Of a DNA stretch of 64,000 bases, positions 11,270-23,060 are shown in pieces; the stretch's first letter is position 1; each line of letters begins with the position of its first letter. Location of the stretch: assembly GCF_963921235.1 (NCBI RefSeq), contig NC_086097.1, positions 31,932,001-31,996,000 of the forward strand, written 5' to 3'. Under the pieces are notes generated by a model. That model ran no database searches. It saw only the letters and a list, made by a program, of their open reading frames with translations, and was not told the origin of the DNA. The position numbers and the translations under genes were made by a program. This DNA comes from Mobula hypostoma. Lineage: Eukaryota.

Positions 11270-13225
11270 TCACCTCCCAGCCTCGATCACTACCCCCTCA
11301 CCTCCCAGCCTCAATCACTACCCCCTCACCTCCCAGCCTCTATCACTACCCCCTCACCTCCTCCATCTGCCTATCACCTCCCTCACCTGGATCCACCCAT
11401 CACCTCCCTCACCTGGATCCACCCATCACCTCCCAGCCTCTATCACTACCACACCACCTCCTTCATCTGCCAGCATCTCCCTCACCTGGATCCACCCATC
11501 ACCTGCCAGCCTCGATCACTACCACCCCACCTCCCCGCCTCTATCACTACTCCCTCACCTCTTCCATCTGCCAGCATCTCCCTCACCTGGATCCACCCAT
11601 CACCTGCCAGCCTCGATCACTACCACCCCACCTCCCCGCCTCTATCACTACTCCCTCACCTCTTCCATCTGCCAGCATCTCCCTCACCTGGATCCACCCA
11701 TCACCTGCCAGCCTCGATCACTACCACCCCACCTCCCCGCCTCTATCACTACTCCCTCACCTCTTCCATCTGCCAGCATCTCCCTCACCTGGATCCACCC
11801 ATCACCTGCCAGCCTCGATCACTACCACCCCACCTCCCCGCCTCTATCACTACTCCCTCACCTCCTCCATCTGCCAGCATCTCCCTCACCTGGATCCACC
11901 CATCACCTGCCAGCCTCGATCACTACCACCCCACCTCCCCGCCTCTATCACTACCCCCTCACCTCCTCCATCTGCCAGCATCTCCCTCACCTGGATCCAC
12001 CCATCACCTGCCAGCCTCGATCACTACCACCCCACCTCCCCGCCTCTATCACTACCCCCTCACCTCCTCCATCTGCCAGCATCTCCCTCACCTGGATCCA
12101 CCCATCACCTGCCAGCCTCGATCACTACCACCCCACCTCCCCGCCTCTATCACTACCCCCTCACCTCCTCCATCTGCCAGCATCTCCCTCACCTGGATCC
12201 ACCCATCACCTGCCAGCCTCGATCACTACCACCCCACCTCCCCGCCTCTATCACTACCCCCTCACCTCCTCCATCTGCCAGCATCTCCCCTCACCTGGAT
12301 CCACCCATCACCTGCCAGCCTCGATCACTACCACCCCACCTCCCCGCCTCTATCACTACTCCCTCACCTCTTCCATCTGCCAGCATCTCCCTCACCTGGA
12401 TCCACCCATCACCTGCCAGCCTCGATCACTACCACCCCACCTCCCCGCCTCTATCACTACCCCCTCACCTCCTCCATCTGCCAGCATCTCCCTCACCTGG
12501 ATCCACCCATCACCTGCCAGCCTCGATCACTACCACCCCACCTCCCCGCCTCTATCACTACTCCCTCACCTCCTCCATCTGCCAGCATCTCCCTCACCTG
12601 GATCCACCCATCACCTGCCAGCCTCGATCACTACCACCCCACCTCCCCGCCTCTATCACTACCCCCTCACCTCCTCCATCTGCCAGCATCTCCCTCACCT
12701 GGATCCACCCATCACCTGCCAGCCTCGATCACTACCACCCCACCTCCCCGCCTCTATCACTACCCCCTCACCTCCTCCATCTGCCAGCATCTCCCTCACC
12801 TGGATCCACCCATCACCTGCCAGCCTCGATCACTACCACCCCACCTCCCCGCCTCTATCACTACCCCCTCACCTCCTCCATCTGCCAGCATCTCCCTCAC
12901 CTGGATCCACCCATCACCTGCCAGCCTCGATCACTACCACCCCACCTCCCTGCCTCTATCACTACCCCCTCACCTCCTCCATCTGCCAGCATCTCCCTCA
13001 CCTGGATCCACCCATCACCTGCCAGCCTCGATCACTACCACCCCACCTCCCCGCCTCTATCACTACCCCCTCACCTCCTCCATCTGCCAGCATCTCCCTC
13101 ACCTGGATCCACCCATCACCTGCCAGCCTCGATCACTACCACCCCACCTCCCCGCCTCTATCACTACCCCCTCACCTCCTCCATCTGCCAGCATCTCCCT
13201 CACCTGGATCCACCCATCACCTCCC
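11270..13225. repeat. 101-bp tandem satellite (one BamHI site per unit), about 17 near-identical units
   Basis: GGATCC at 11488, 11589, 11690 ... 13206 (17 x 101 + 1). Confidence 0.97.
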
Positions 13226-13309
13226 AGCTCTTGCTCCACCCCTTTCCCTCGCCTCTTTAAATTTACCATCTCTCCCTGTTTCTTTCCCCTTCCCCACCCA
13301 CTCTATCTT

Positions 13310-13625
13310 AAAGATTAAAGAGAAAAAGGTTATCATTATTTGCCACATGTACATCAAAACATCGGAACGTACGTGAAATGTTGCATTTGAGTCAACAACC
13401 AACACAGCCGGAGGAGGTGCCGGGGGCAGCCGGCGAGTATGGCCATGTTTCAGGCACCAACGTAGCGTGCCCACATCTCTCTAACCTGAATCTGCACGGA
13501 GCATGGGAGGAAACCAGAGCACCCGGAGAAAACCTACACCGTTACGGTGAGAGTGTAACAGCAGTGGGAATTGAGTCCTTATCACTGGCACTGTAAAGCA
13601 TTACGCTAGCCATTATGCTAACGTG
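13310..13625 (-). mobile_element. tRNA-derived SINE (V-SINE-like)
   Basis: GGGAGGAAACCAGAGCACCCGGAGAAAACC core on + strand (reverse complement of the SINE core); GGGAATTGAGTCC B-box-like sequence. Confidence 0.7.
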
Positions 13626-13639
13626 CTGCCTAAAGCTGG

Positions 13640-13980
13640 GTCCTCTCTCCATCTGCTCTCCCTATCTCTCTCCCTTGGTTCCTTTCCTATCTGGTCCCAC
13701 CATCTGCAGCCCCCTGTCACCTCCACCCATCATGTCCAGGACTCCACCACTATTACCCCCCCCCTTCCTTTCCTCCTCTCTCTGCCTATCACCGCTCCGC
13801 ACTTGGATCCTCCTCCCTATCACTGCCAGCTCTCGCCACACTTCTTCTACCCATGTCTTGATACTGGCTATCATCCCCCTGACTTGCAGTCCAGGTGAAG
13901 GGTTTCGATCTGAAACGTTGACTGTCCACAGAGGTCGCCTGACCTGCTGAGCCACCCCAACAGTTTGTTAGTTGCTCAAG
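13640..13980 (+). mobile_element. Penelope-like element 3' tail / pseudo-LTR fragment with a degenerate hammerhead motif
   Basis: Pyrimidine-rich tail similar to 61110-61428, followed by CAGTC CAGGTGA AGGGTTTCGATCT GAAAC GTT GACTG and CCTGACCTGCTGAG. Confidence 0.6.
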
Positions 13981-14247
13981 GAAGCAACTGCCCTGTCAGT
14001 CTCATGTGAGGCTGAGGGGTGACCTCATAAAAATGGATGGAATTATGAGAGGCATAGATCGAGTAGAGAGTTCTTTACCCAGAGTAGAAATGTCAAACGC
14101 CGCAGGGCATGGCTTTAGGGTGAGAGCGAAAAAGTGAATACCTGTAGGCTTCTCCACCTCAGGTTGGGTAAGACTAGAACTAGAGGTCATTGGCTTAGGG
14201 TGAAAGGTGAAATAGTCAATGGGAACTTGAGGGGGACCTTATTCACA

Positions 14248-17200
14248 GGCTGCATGGTAATGTAGTGGTTAGCATAACATTTTATAGTGCTGGCTGTAAA
14301 ACTGGGATTGAATTTCGGCTGCTGTTTGTCAGGAGTTTGTACAGTCTGCCTTTCGCTGTGTAGGTTTCCTCCAAATGCTCTGGTTTCCTCCCACATTGCA
14401 AAGATGTGAAGGTTAGGGTTGGTGAGGGTTAGGGTTGTGAAGGTTAGGGATGTGAGGGTTAGGGTTGGTGAGGGTTAGGGATGTGAAGGTTAGGTTTGGT
14501 GAGCGTTAGGGATGTGAAGGTTAGGGTTGGTGAGGGTTAGGGGTATGAAGGTTAGGGTTGGTGAAGGTTGGGGTTGGTGAAGGTTGGGGTTGGTGAGGGT
14601 TAGGGTTGTGAAGGTTAGGGTTGGTGAAGGTTAGGGTTGGGAAGGTTAGGGTTCGTGAGGGTTAGGGTTGATGAGGGTTAGGGATGTGAGGGTTAAGGAT
14701 TGTGAGGGTTAGGGTTGGTGAGGGTTAGGAATGTGAGGGTTAAGGATTGTGAGGGTTAGGGTTGGTGAGGGTTAGGCATGTGAAAGTTAGGGTTGGTGAG
14801 GGTTAGGGATGTGAAGGTTAGGGTTGGTGAGGGTTAGGGATGTGAAGGTTAGGGTTGGTGAGGGTTAGGGATGTGAGGGTTAAGGATTGTGAGGGTTAGG
14901 GTTGGTGAGGGTTAGGGTTGGTGAGGGTTAGGGTTGGTGAGGGTTAAGGATGGTGAGGGTTAGGGTTGGTGAGGGTTTAGGATTGTGAGTGTTAGGGTTG
15001 GTTAGGGTTAGGGATGTGAGGGTTAGTGATGGTGAGGGTTAGGGTTGGTGAGGGTTAAGGATTGTGAGTGTTAGGGTTGGTGAAGGTTAGGGTTGGTGAG
15101 GGTTAGGGTTGGTGAGGGTTAAGGAGTGTGAGGGTTAGGATTGGTGAGGGTTAAGGATTGTGAGGGTTAGGGTTGGTGAGGGTTAGGGATGTGAGGGTTA
15201 GGGTTGGTGAGGGTTAGGGATGTGAGGGTTAAGGATTGTGAGGGTTAGGGTTGGTGAGGGTTAAGGATTGTGAGGGTTAGGGTTGGTGAGGGTTAAGGAT
15301 TGTGAGGGTTAGGATTGGTGAGGGTTAGGGTTGGTGAGGGTTAAGGATTGTGAAGGTTAGGGTTGGTGAGAGTTAGTGATGTGAATGTTAAGGTTGGTGA
15401 GGGTCACGGATGGTGAGGGTTATGGATGTGAGGATTAGGGATGTGAGGGTTAATGATTGTGAGGGTTAGGGTTGGTGAGGGTTAGGGTTAGGGTTGGTGA
15501 GGGTTAAGGATTGTGAGGGTTAGGGTTGGTGAGGGTTAGGGTTGGTGAGGGTTAAGGATTGTGAGGGTTAGGGTTGGTGAGGGTTAGGGTTAGGGTTGGT
15601 GAGGGTTAAGGATTGTGAGGGTTAGGGTTGGTGAGGGTTAAGGATTGTGAGGGTTAGGGTTGGTGAGGGTTAGGGTTAGGGTTGGTGAGGGTTAAGGATT
15701 GTGAGGGTCAGGGTTGGTTCGGGTTAGGGTTGGTGATGGTTAAGGATTGTGAGGGTTAGGGTTGGTGAGGGTTAGGGTTAGGGTTGGTGAGGGTTAAGGA
15801 TTGTGAGGGTTAGGGTTGGTGAGGGTTAGGGTTAGGGTTGGTGAGGGTTAAGGATTGTGAGGGTTAGGGTTGGTGAGGGTTAGGGTTAGGGTTGGTGAGG
15901 GTTAAGGATTGTGAGGGTCAGGGTTGGTTCGGGTTAGGGTTGGTGAGGGTTAAGGATTGTGAGGGTTAGGGTTGGTGAGGGTTAGGGTTAGGGTTGGTGA
16001 GGGTTAAGGATTGTGAGGGTTAGGGTTGGTGAGGGTTACGGATGTGAGGGTTAAGGATTGTGAGGGTTAGGGTTAGGGTTGGTGAGGGTTAAGGATTGTG
16101 AGGGTTAGGGTTGGTGAGGGTTAAGGATTGTGAGGGTTAGGGTTGGTGAGGGTTAAGGATTGTGAGGGTTAGGGTTGGTGAGGGTTAGGGTTGGTGAGGG
16201 TTAAGGATTGTGAGGGTTAGGGTTGGTGAGGGTTAGGAATGTGAGGGTTAAGGATTGTGAGGGTTAGGGTTGGTGAGGGTTAGGCATGTGAAAGTTAGGG
16301 TTGGTGAGGTTTAGGGATGTGAAGGTTAGGGTTGGTGAGGGTTAAGGATTGTGAGGGTTAAGGATTGTGAGGGTTAGGGTTGGTGAGGGTTAGGGTTGGT
16401 GAGGGTTAAGGATGGTGAGGGTTAGGGTTGGTGAGGGTTTAGGATTGTGAGTGTTAGGGTTGGTTAGGGTTAGGGATGTGAGGGTTAGTGATGGTGAGTG
16501 TTAGGGTTGGTGAGGGTTAAGGATTGTGAGTGTTAGGGTTGGTGAAGGTTAGGGTTGGTGAGGGTTAGGGTTGGTGAGGGTTAAGGAGTGTGAGGGTTAG
16601 GATTGGTGAGGGTTAAGGATTGTGAGGGTTAGGGTTGGTGAGGGTTAGGGATGTGAGGGTTAGGGTTGGTGAGGGTTAGGGATGTGAGGGTTAAGGATTG
16701 TGAGGGTTAGGGTTGGTGAGGGTTAAGGATTGTGAGGGTTAGGGTTGGTGAGGGTTAGGGTTGGTGAGGGTTAGGGTTGGTGAGGGTTAAGGATTGTGAG
16801 GGTTAGGGTTGGTGAGGGTTAGGATTGTGAGGGTTAGGGTTGGTGAGGGTTAGGCATGTGAAAGTTAGGGTTGGTGAGGGTTAGGGATGTGAAGGTTAGG
16901 GTTGGTGAGGGTTAAGGATTGTGAGGGTTAAGGATTGTGAGGGTTAGGGTTGGTGAAGGTTAGGGTTGGTGAGGGTTAAGGATTGTGAGGGTTAAGGATT
17001 GTGAGGGTTAGGGTTGGTGAGGGTTAGGGTTGGTGAGGGTTAAGGATGGTGAGGGTTAGGGTTGGTGAGGGTTTAGGATTGTGAGTGTTAGGGTTGGTTA
17101 GGGTTAGGGATGTGAGGGTTAGTGATGGTGAGTGTTAGGGTTGGTGAGGGTTAAGGATTGTGAGTGTTAGGGTTGGTGAAGGTTAGGGTTGGTGAGGGTT

Positions 17201-18636
17201 AGGGTTGGTGAGGGTTAAGGAGTGTGAGGGTTAGGATTGGTGAGGGTTAAGGATTGTGAGGGTTAGGGTTGGTGAGGGTTAGGGATGTGAGGGTTAGGGT
17301 TGGTGAGGGTTAGGGATGTGAGGGTTAAGGATTGTGAGGGTTAGGGTTGGTGAGGGTTAAGGATTGTGAGGGTTAGGGTTGGTGAGGGTTAGGGTTGGTG
17401 AGGGTTAGGGTTGGTGAGGGTTAAGGATTGTGAGGGTTAGGGTTGGTGAGGGTTAGGATTGTGAGGGTTAGGGTTGGTGAGGGTTAGGCATGTGAAAGTT
17501 AGGGTTGGTGAGGGTTAGGGATGTGAAGGTTAGGGTTGGTGAGGGTTAAGGATTGTGAGGGTTAAGGATTGTGAGGGTTAGGGTTGGTGAGGGTTAGGGT
17601 TGGTGAGGGTTAAGGATGGTGAGGGTTAGGGTTGGTGAGGGTTAGGGATGTGAGGGTTAAGGATTGTGAGGGTTAGGGTTGGTGAGGGTTAAGGATTGTG
17701 AGGGTTAGGGTTGGTGAGGGTTAGGGTTGGTGAGGGTTAAGGATTGTGAAGGTTAGGGTTGGTGAGAGTTAGTGATGTGAATGTTAAGGTTGGTGAGGGT
17801 CACAGATGGTGAGGGTTATGGATGTGAGGATTAGGGATGTGAGGGTTAATGATTGTGAGGGTTAGGGTTAGGGTTAGGGTTGGTGAGGGTTAAGGATTGT
17901 GAGGGTTAGGGTTGGTGAGGGTTAGGGTTAGGGTTGGTGAGGGTTAAGGATTGTGAGGGTCAGGGTTGGTTCGGGTTAGGGTTGGTGATGGTTAAGGATT
18001 GTGAGGGTTAGGGTTGGTGAGGGTTAGGGTTAGGGTTGGTGAGGGTTAAGGATTGTGAGGGTTAGGGTTGGTGAGGGTTAAGGATTGTGAGGGTTAGGGT
18101 TGGTGAGGGTTAGGGTTGGTGAGGGTTAGGGTTGGTGAGGGTTAAGGATTGTGAGGGTTAGGGTTGGTGAGGGTTAAGGATTGTGAGGGTTAGGGTTGGT
18201 GAGGGTTAGGGTTAGGGTTAGGGTTGGTGAGGGTTAAGGATTGTGAGGGTTAGGGTTGGTGAGGGTTAAGGATTGTGAGGGTTAGGGTTGGTGAGGGTTA
18301 GGGATGTGAGGGTTAAGGATTGTGAAGGTTAGGGTTGGTGAGGGTTAAGGTTGGTGAGGGTTAGGGTTGGTGAGGGTTAGGGTTAGGGTTAGGGTTAGGG
18401 ATGTGAGGGTTAGGGTTGGTGAGGGTTAGGGATGTGAGGGTTAAGGATTGTGAGGGTTAGGGTTGGTGAGGGTTAGGGATGTGAGGGTTAGGGTTAGGGT
18501 TAGGGTTAGGGTTGGTGAGGGTTAGGGATTGTGAGGGTTAGGGTTGGTGAGGGTTAGGGATGGTTGGTGAGTTGTAGGCATGCTGTTTTGGTGCTGGAAC
18601 TGCGTGGAAGCTCGCAGGCTGCCCCAGCACATCCTC
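14248..18636 (+). mobile_element. SINE split by an internal telomere-like array
   Basis: Head and core at 14248-14402 (GGTTTCCTCC...GGTTTCCTCCCACAT); body resumes at 18571 (GTTGTAGGCATGCT...GGCTGCCCCAGCACATCCTC); tail reappears at ~19356-19415 after another insert. Confidence 0.8.
14403..18571 (+). repeat. Interstitial telomere-like satellite, mostly 16-bp units GAGGGTTAGGGTTGGT / GAGGGTTAAGGATTGT, with short pure (TTAGGG)n runs
   Basis: Direct reading; (TTAGGG)4 runs at ~18377 and ~18488. Confidence 0.97.
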
Positions 18637-20289
18637 AAAGATTCAAAGTAAACTTATTTTCAAAGTTTGTCTGCAGTATACAACCCTGAGATTCGTCTTC
18701 CCACAGACAGCCACGAAATAAGAAAACCGTGGAACCCGATCCAGGGAGAACATCAAACCCGCAACGCGCAAAGAACAAATCGCGCAAACGGCACAAAAAA
18801 GCGAGCAGTAAACAAGGAATATAAAACACCAGACCTCAAGTCATCAAAACAGTGCAGGAATATTCAGTTCAGTTCTATCCAGAGCCGCGTCGTTCGTTGA
18901 CTGCAGGCCGCCCCGATTAAAACCACCCAAAATAGCAACAAAAAAGGAGCAACCAGAGCCACATCTCAACGTGAACCCGAGAGTCCAATTCACAAACCAC
19001 ACTGATTAAACCTTAAACCTTGCCCAAGACCCAGGGGTCCGGAATCGTCCTCCAGCACCATCGAGCACAGGCACTTTCCTCCGGCAGCAAAGAGCGAGAG
19101 AGAGAGAGACCGGTTACCCGCAGGCAGACGGCACTGAACACCCGCGCGCCTTCCGCTCTCATCCTCATTTCAGTCTTCCTCACGCTTTAATCGGTGGTGG
19201 GATCAATGAGAAATGGAGTCGCTCATGGGCTCGCGCCCTGTCTCCAGGGTTCTTGGCCTCATGGCCACACACTTCGCTTGAAACCTCACCGAGCTCCCTC
19301 AGAGACAACAAGCACCAGGTTGCTCAGTCGCCCCGAAAACGCGCCGTCAAGAAACGACGCAAATGATGCATTTCACTGTATGTTTCAATGTTCATGTGAT
19401 AAATAAAGATAATCTCTAAATCTCTTGCACTACCCTCTGAATGAGATGAGTGTGGAACAAGCTGCCAGCTCAATTGTAACATTTAAAGTTCAAAGTACAT
19501 TTATTATCAAAATATGTGTAAATTATACAACCTTGTCTCCTTATAGGCAGCTACAAAACAAGAAACCCGAAAGAACCTATTTTTAAAAAAGACCCAATGC
19601 GCAGAGAGAGAAGAACAAAAATCGCGCAAACAGTAAAAGCAAGCAACAGCATTCAGAATGAAAATGTGTCCGTAGACACAAAGCCTGGAGCAGGCCCACA
19701 GCGTCACCCTCGGTCCATTACACAGCAGAGCAAATGGCCACAACGCTCACAGACCCAAAGTCCGCAGCAGCCTCACAGCCTCAGCCACAGTGCCTCGGAG
19801 AGCGGAGGAAACATCGTGGAGCAGCGAGCAGAACCGGTTTGACCCTCGACACCCGCAACTTTTGAAGCTATACAGCCCAGCGTTTAAATCATACAAGCAC
19901 TGGGTCGTGCCTCACACTAGAACCCAGGCCCTGTTGCATCATTTCACTTTGGGCCTGGACCTGCCCCGACCAGCGTGTTCTGGCCCGTACCCGACCTTAC
20001 CAAATCAGCCCAGCACTTAGATCAACCACACTTCACTCTCTGATAGGTGGATTGGCTCCAAAACTCCTTTGCTCCAACTTTTCTCTGCTTCACAGGTTCC
20101 GATGTCATCTTGACCGTCTCTCGACCTCCCTCCGACCACTCCTCCTCGAACATGCCTCGACCTGGCTGTGAATTTGCATCGCACTCGCACGCCTCGACCC
20201 TCGTGTCAGCTTCGATTTCGCTCGGCTCTTCATTGTTTGCAGTGATTGTTTACCACAATTTTCTACAGAAAGAGGCATTTAGACAGATA

Positions 20290-21100
20290 TAGAGCATAGA
20301 ATAGTACTGCTCAGGAACAGGCACTTGGCCCACAATGTTGTGCCAAACCATCAAAAGCACCCAAAAACTAATCCCTATTACCTATAATCGTCCATATCCC
20401 TCCATCTTTCTTACATCCATGTGCCTATCCAAATGTCTATTAAAAGACTCTAATCTATTTGCCTCTACCACCATACCAGGCAGCACATACCAGACATCCA
20501 CGACTCTGAGTGGAAAACCTTAGTTCTCACATATCCATTGAACCTACCTCCTCTCATCTTCACTGCATGCTCTCTGGTATTAGATATTTCAACCCTAGGA
20601 AACAGATACTCTCTGTCCTCTCTATCTATGCCTCTCACAATCTTGTAAACCTCTGTCAAATCTCCCCTCAGCCTCCAGTGCTCTGGAGAAGACAACCCAA
20701 GTTTATCCAGCCCCTGGTGATAGCACATATCCCTCTAAGCCAGGAAGCAACCTTGTAAACCTCTTCTGCACCCTCTCCAAATCCTCAATATCCTTCCTAT
20801 AATGGGGTAACCAGAATGTGGCCTAAATCAAGTTTTATAAAATTGTAACAACACCTCTTGACTTTTGAACTTGCTGCCTTGACCAATAAAAGCAAGCATT
20901 CCATAACCCTTCCGAACCGCCTTATCGACCTGTGTAGCCACTTTCAAGGAGCTGTGAACTTGGATCCCGAGATCTCTCTGCTCAGCAACACTGTTAAGAA
21001 TCTTGCCCTAAACAGTGCACTGTCTCCTTGCACTTGTCCTACTGAGGTGCAAATCCTCACATTTATCTGGGTTAAACTCCATCTGCCCATATCTGCAACT
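20290..21100 (-). mobile_element. CR1 LINE 3' fragment
   Basis: LDKLGLSSPEHWRLRGDLTEVYKIVRGIDR in ORF 20465-20728(-). Confidence 0.8.
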
Positions 21101-22149
21101 GATCTGTGTTGCACTGTACCCTGTGCCAGGAGACATGTGCACAGGCAAGGAATGGAAGTTATGGACCATGTGCAAGCAGATGTACAGGTAAAATTTGAAT
21201 CATGCTGAGTTCCAATATGGTGGACGAATGGGCCTATTCCTGTTCTGTTCTGTGTTCTGTCTGTACCTTGCAGCTGGGGCAACGGCAGTGTTGATAGAGA
21301 AATGCAGAGGACCCAGAATGCCTGCTGCATTCACCAGCAATTTTTATGTATGGTGGTTCAGGAAATCAGTCCTCAAATTAAAATTGCTGCTGAGTACCAG
21401 AATTTTAAGCTGATTGGAGGGAAGTCTAGGAGGGATGTCAAAGGAAGGATTTTTTACACAGAGAAAGCACTAGAGTGTGGAGGTAGATACATTAGGGACA
21501 TTTAAGAGACTCTTGGATAGGCACATGGGTGATAGAAAAATGGAGGCTATATGGGAGGGAAGGGTTCGATTTGTCATGGAGTAAGTGAAAAGCTCAGCAC
21601 AACAAGGAGGGCCGAAGGGCCTGTAATATACTGTGCCATTTTGTTATTGCATTCCCCCACCCTGTCACAATGAAAAAATCAGGGTAGCATTGGGTGTTAC
21701 ATTAGTTAAGAGCATCATTGCACAAGTATCAATCGAAGCGATTACCTGTCAGTTTCCAAAGAAACTCATTTAAATGACCTCCCGCAGTGAAACCGGCCAC
21801 TTGTGTCCTCAAGAGACAGTGGTGACTGAGCACTGCCGAGAGATTACATGGGACCATTTTTGTTTTTTTTTAGACTGGTTCAAGTGAAAGAGGGTGAGAG
21901 GTGATTTGATAGAGATGTACAAGAAGATGAGTGGCTTAGGTCAAGTGGAGAGCCTGGCCTTTTTCCTAAGGCGGAAATAGTTAATATGATGAGGCATAAT
22001 TTCAGGGTGATTAGAGGAAAGTATAGGGGGACTGTCAGAGGTAGGTGTTTGATACAGAGAGAGGTGGGTGCATGAAGTTCCCTGCCAGGCTTGGTGGCGG
22101 GCAGGTTCATTAGCGACATTTAAGAGACCCTTAGGTCGGTGCATGGATA

Positions 22150-23060
22150 ATACAAGTTCCTGTTTATTGTCATCTGACTGTACATATGTACAACCAAATA
22201 AAACAACATTCCTCCAGTGCACCCACAAAACAAGTAATACTACCACAAATTAGTTAATAAAATATAAATCAAAGTGCATGCAGTGTACAGCAAAGGTAAA
22301 CAGTAAAAAGGGCAGTAAATAGTGAAATAGCTTACTGACCTAGTAACGAAACCTCGATGGTGACATGGTATTCATTAGTCTCATAGCCAGTGGAAGAAGC
22401 TGTTACCCACTTTGGCAAGTCCTAGCCCTGATGCTCCTGTACCTCTTTCTCGTTGGTAGTGGGTTAAAGAGATTATGGGATGGGGGTAGGGACCCTCAAC
22501 AATGGTTTGGGCCCTTCATATATAATGCATCCAGTAAATGTTACAAATGGGGGAGACACTGGTGATCCTGTCAGCAGTTTTTACTGTCCTCTGTAGGGGT
22601 CTTGCAGTCCAATGCCTTCAGCTTCCATACCACACGATGATGCAGACAGACGGGACACTCTCAATTGTGTTCCTGTACAAAGTTGTTAGAATGGGGACGG
22701 GGAGCCTTACACTCCTCAAGGTCCTCAGAAAGTGTAAATGCTGCTGTGCCTTCTTGACTAGTGAGGCGTTGTGGGTCCAGGTTAGATTGTCCTTTTTGTG
22801 CCCACCAAGGAACTTTGATGTGCAACGGAGAGTGGTCAGACTGTGCCTTCCTGAAGCCCACAATCGCCTCTTTTTGTCTTGTCCACATTGAGATGCATGT
22901 TGTTTTCACACCATTTGACAAGCCTCTTTATCTTCTCTCTGTACGCTGACTCATCATTGTTGTTGATGAGGGCCAACAACTGTTCTATCATCGGTGAATT
23001 TGATGATGTGGTTTGAGCTGGATCTGGCAGTGCTGTCAAGAGTCAACAGTGTGAGCAGGA
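22150..23060 (-). mobile_element. Rex1/Babar-like LINE RT / C-terminal fragment
   Basis: LINNNDESAYREKIKRLVKWCENNMHLNVDKTK; LTWTHNASLVKKAQQHLHFLRTLRS. Confidence 0.8.

Noticed and set aside
11201..13318. 705-aa Pro/His-rich ORF
   Set aside because: Translation of the stop-free 101-bp tandem repeat.
14403..18571. True telomere or chromosome-fusion scar
   Set aside because: Single orientation, mostly 16-bp variant units, SINE halves on both sides, and the host gene continues in frame across it.
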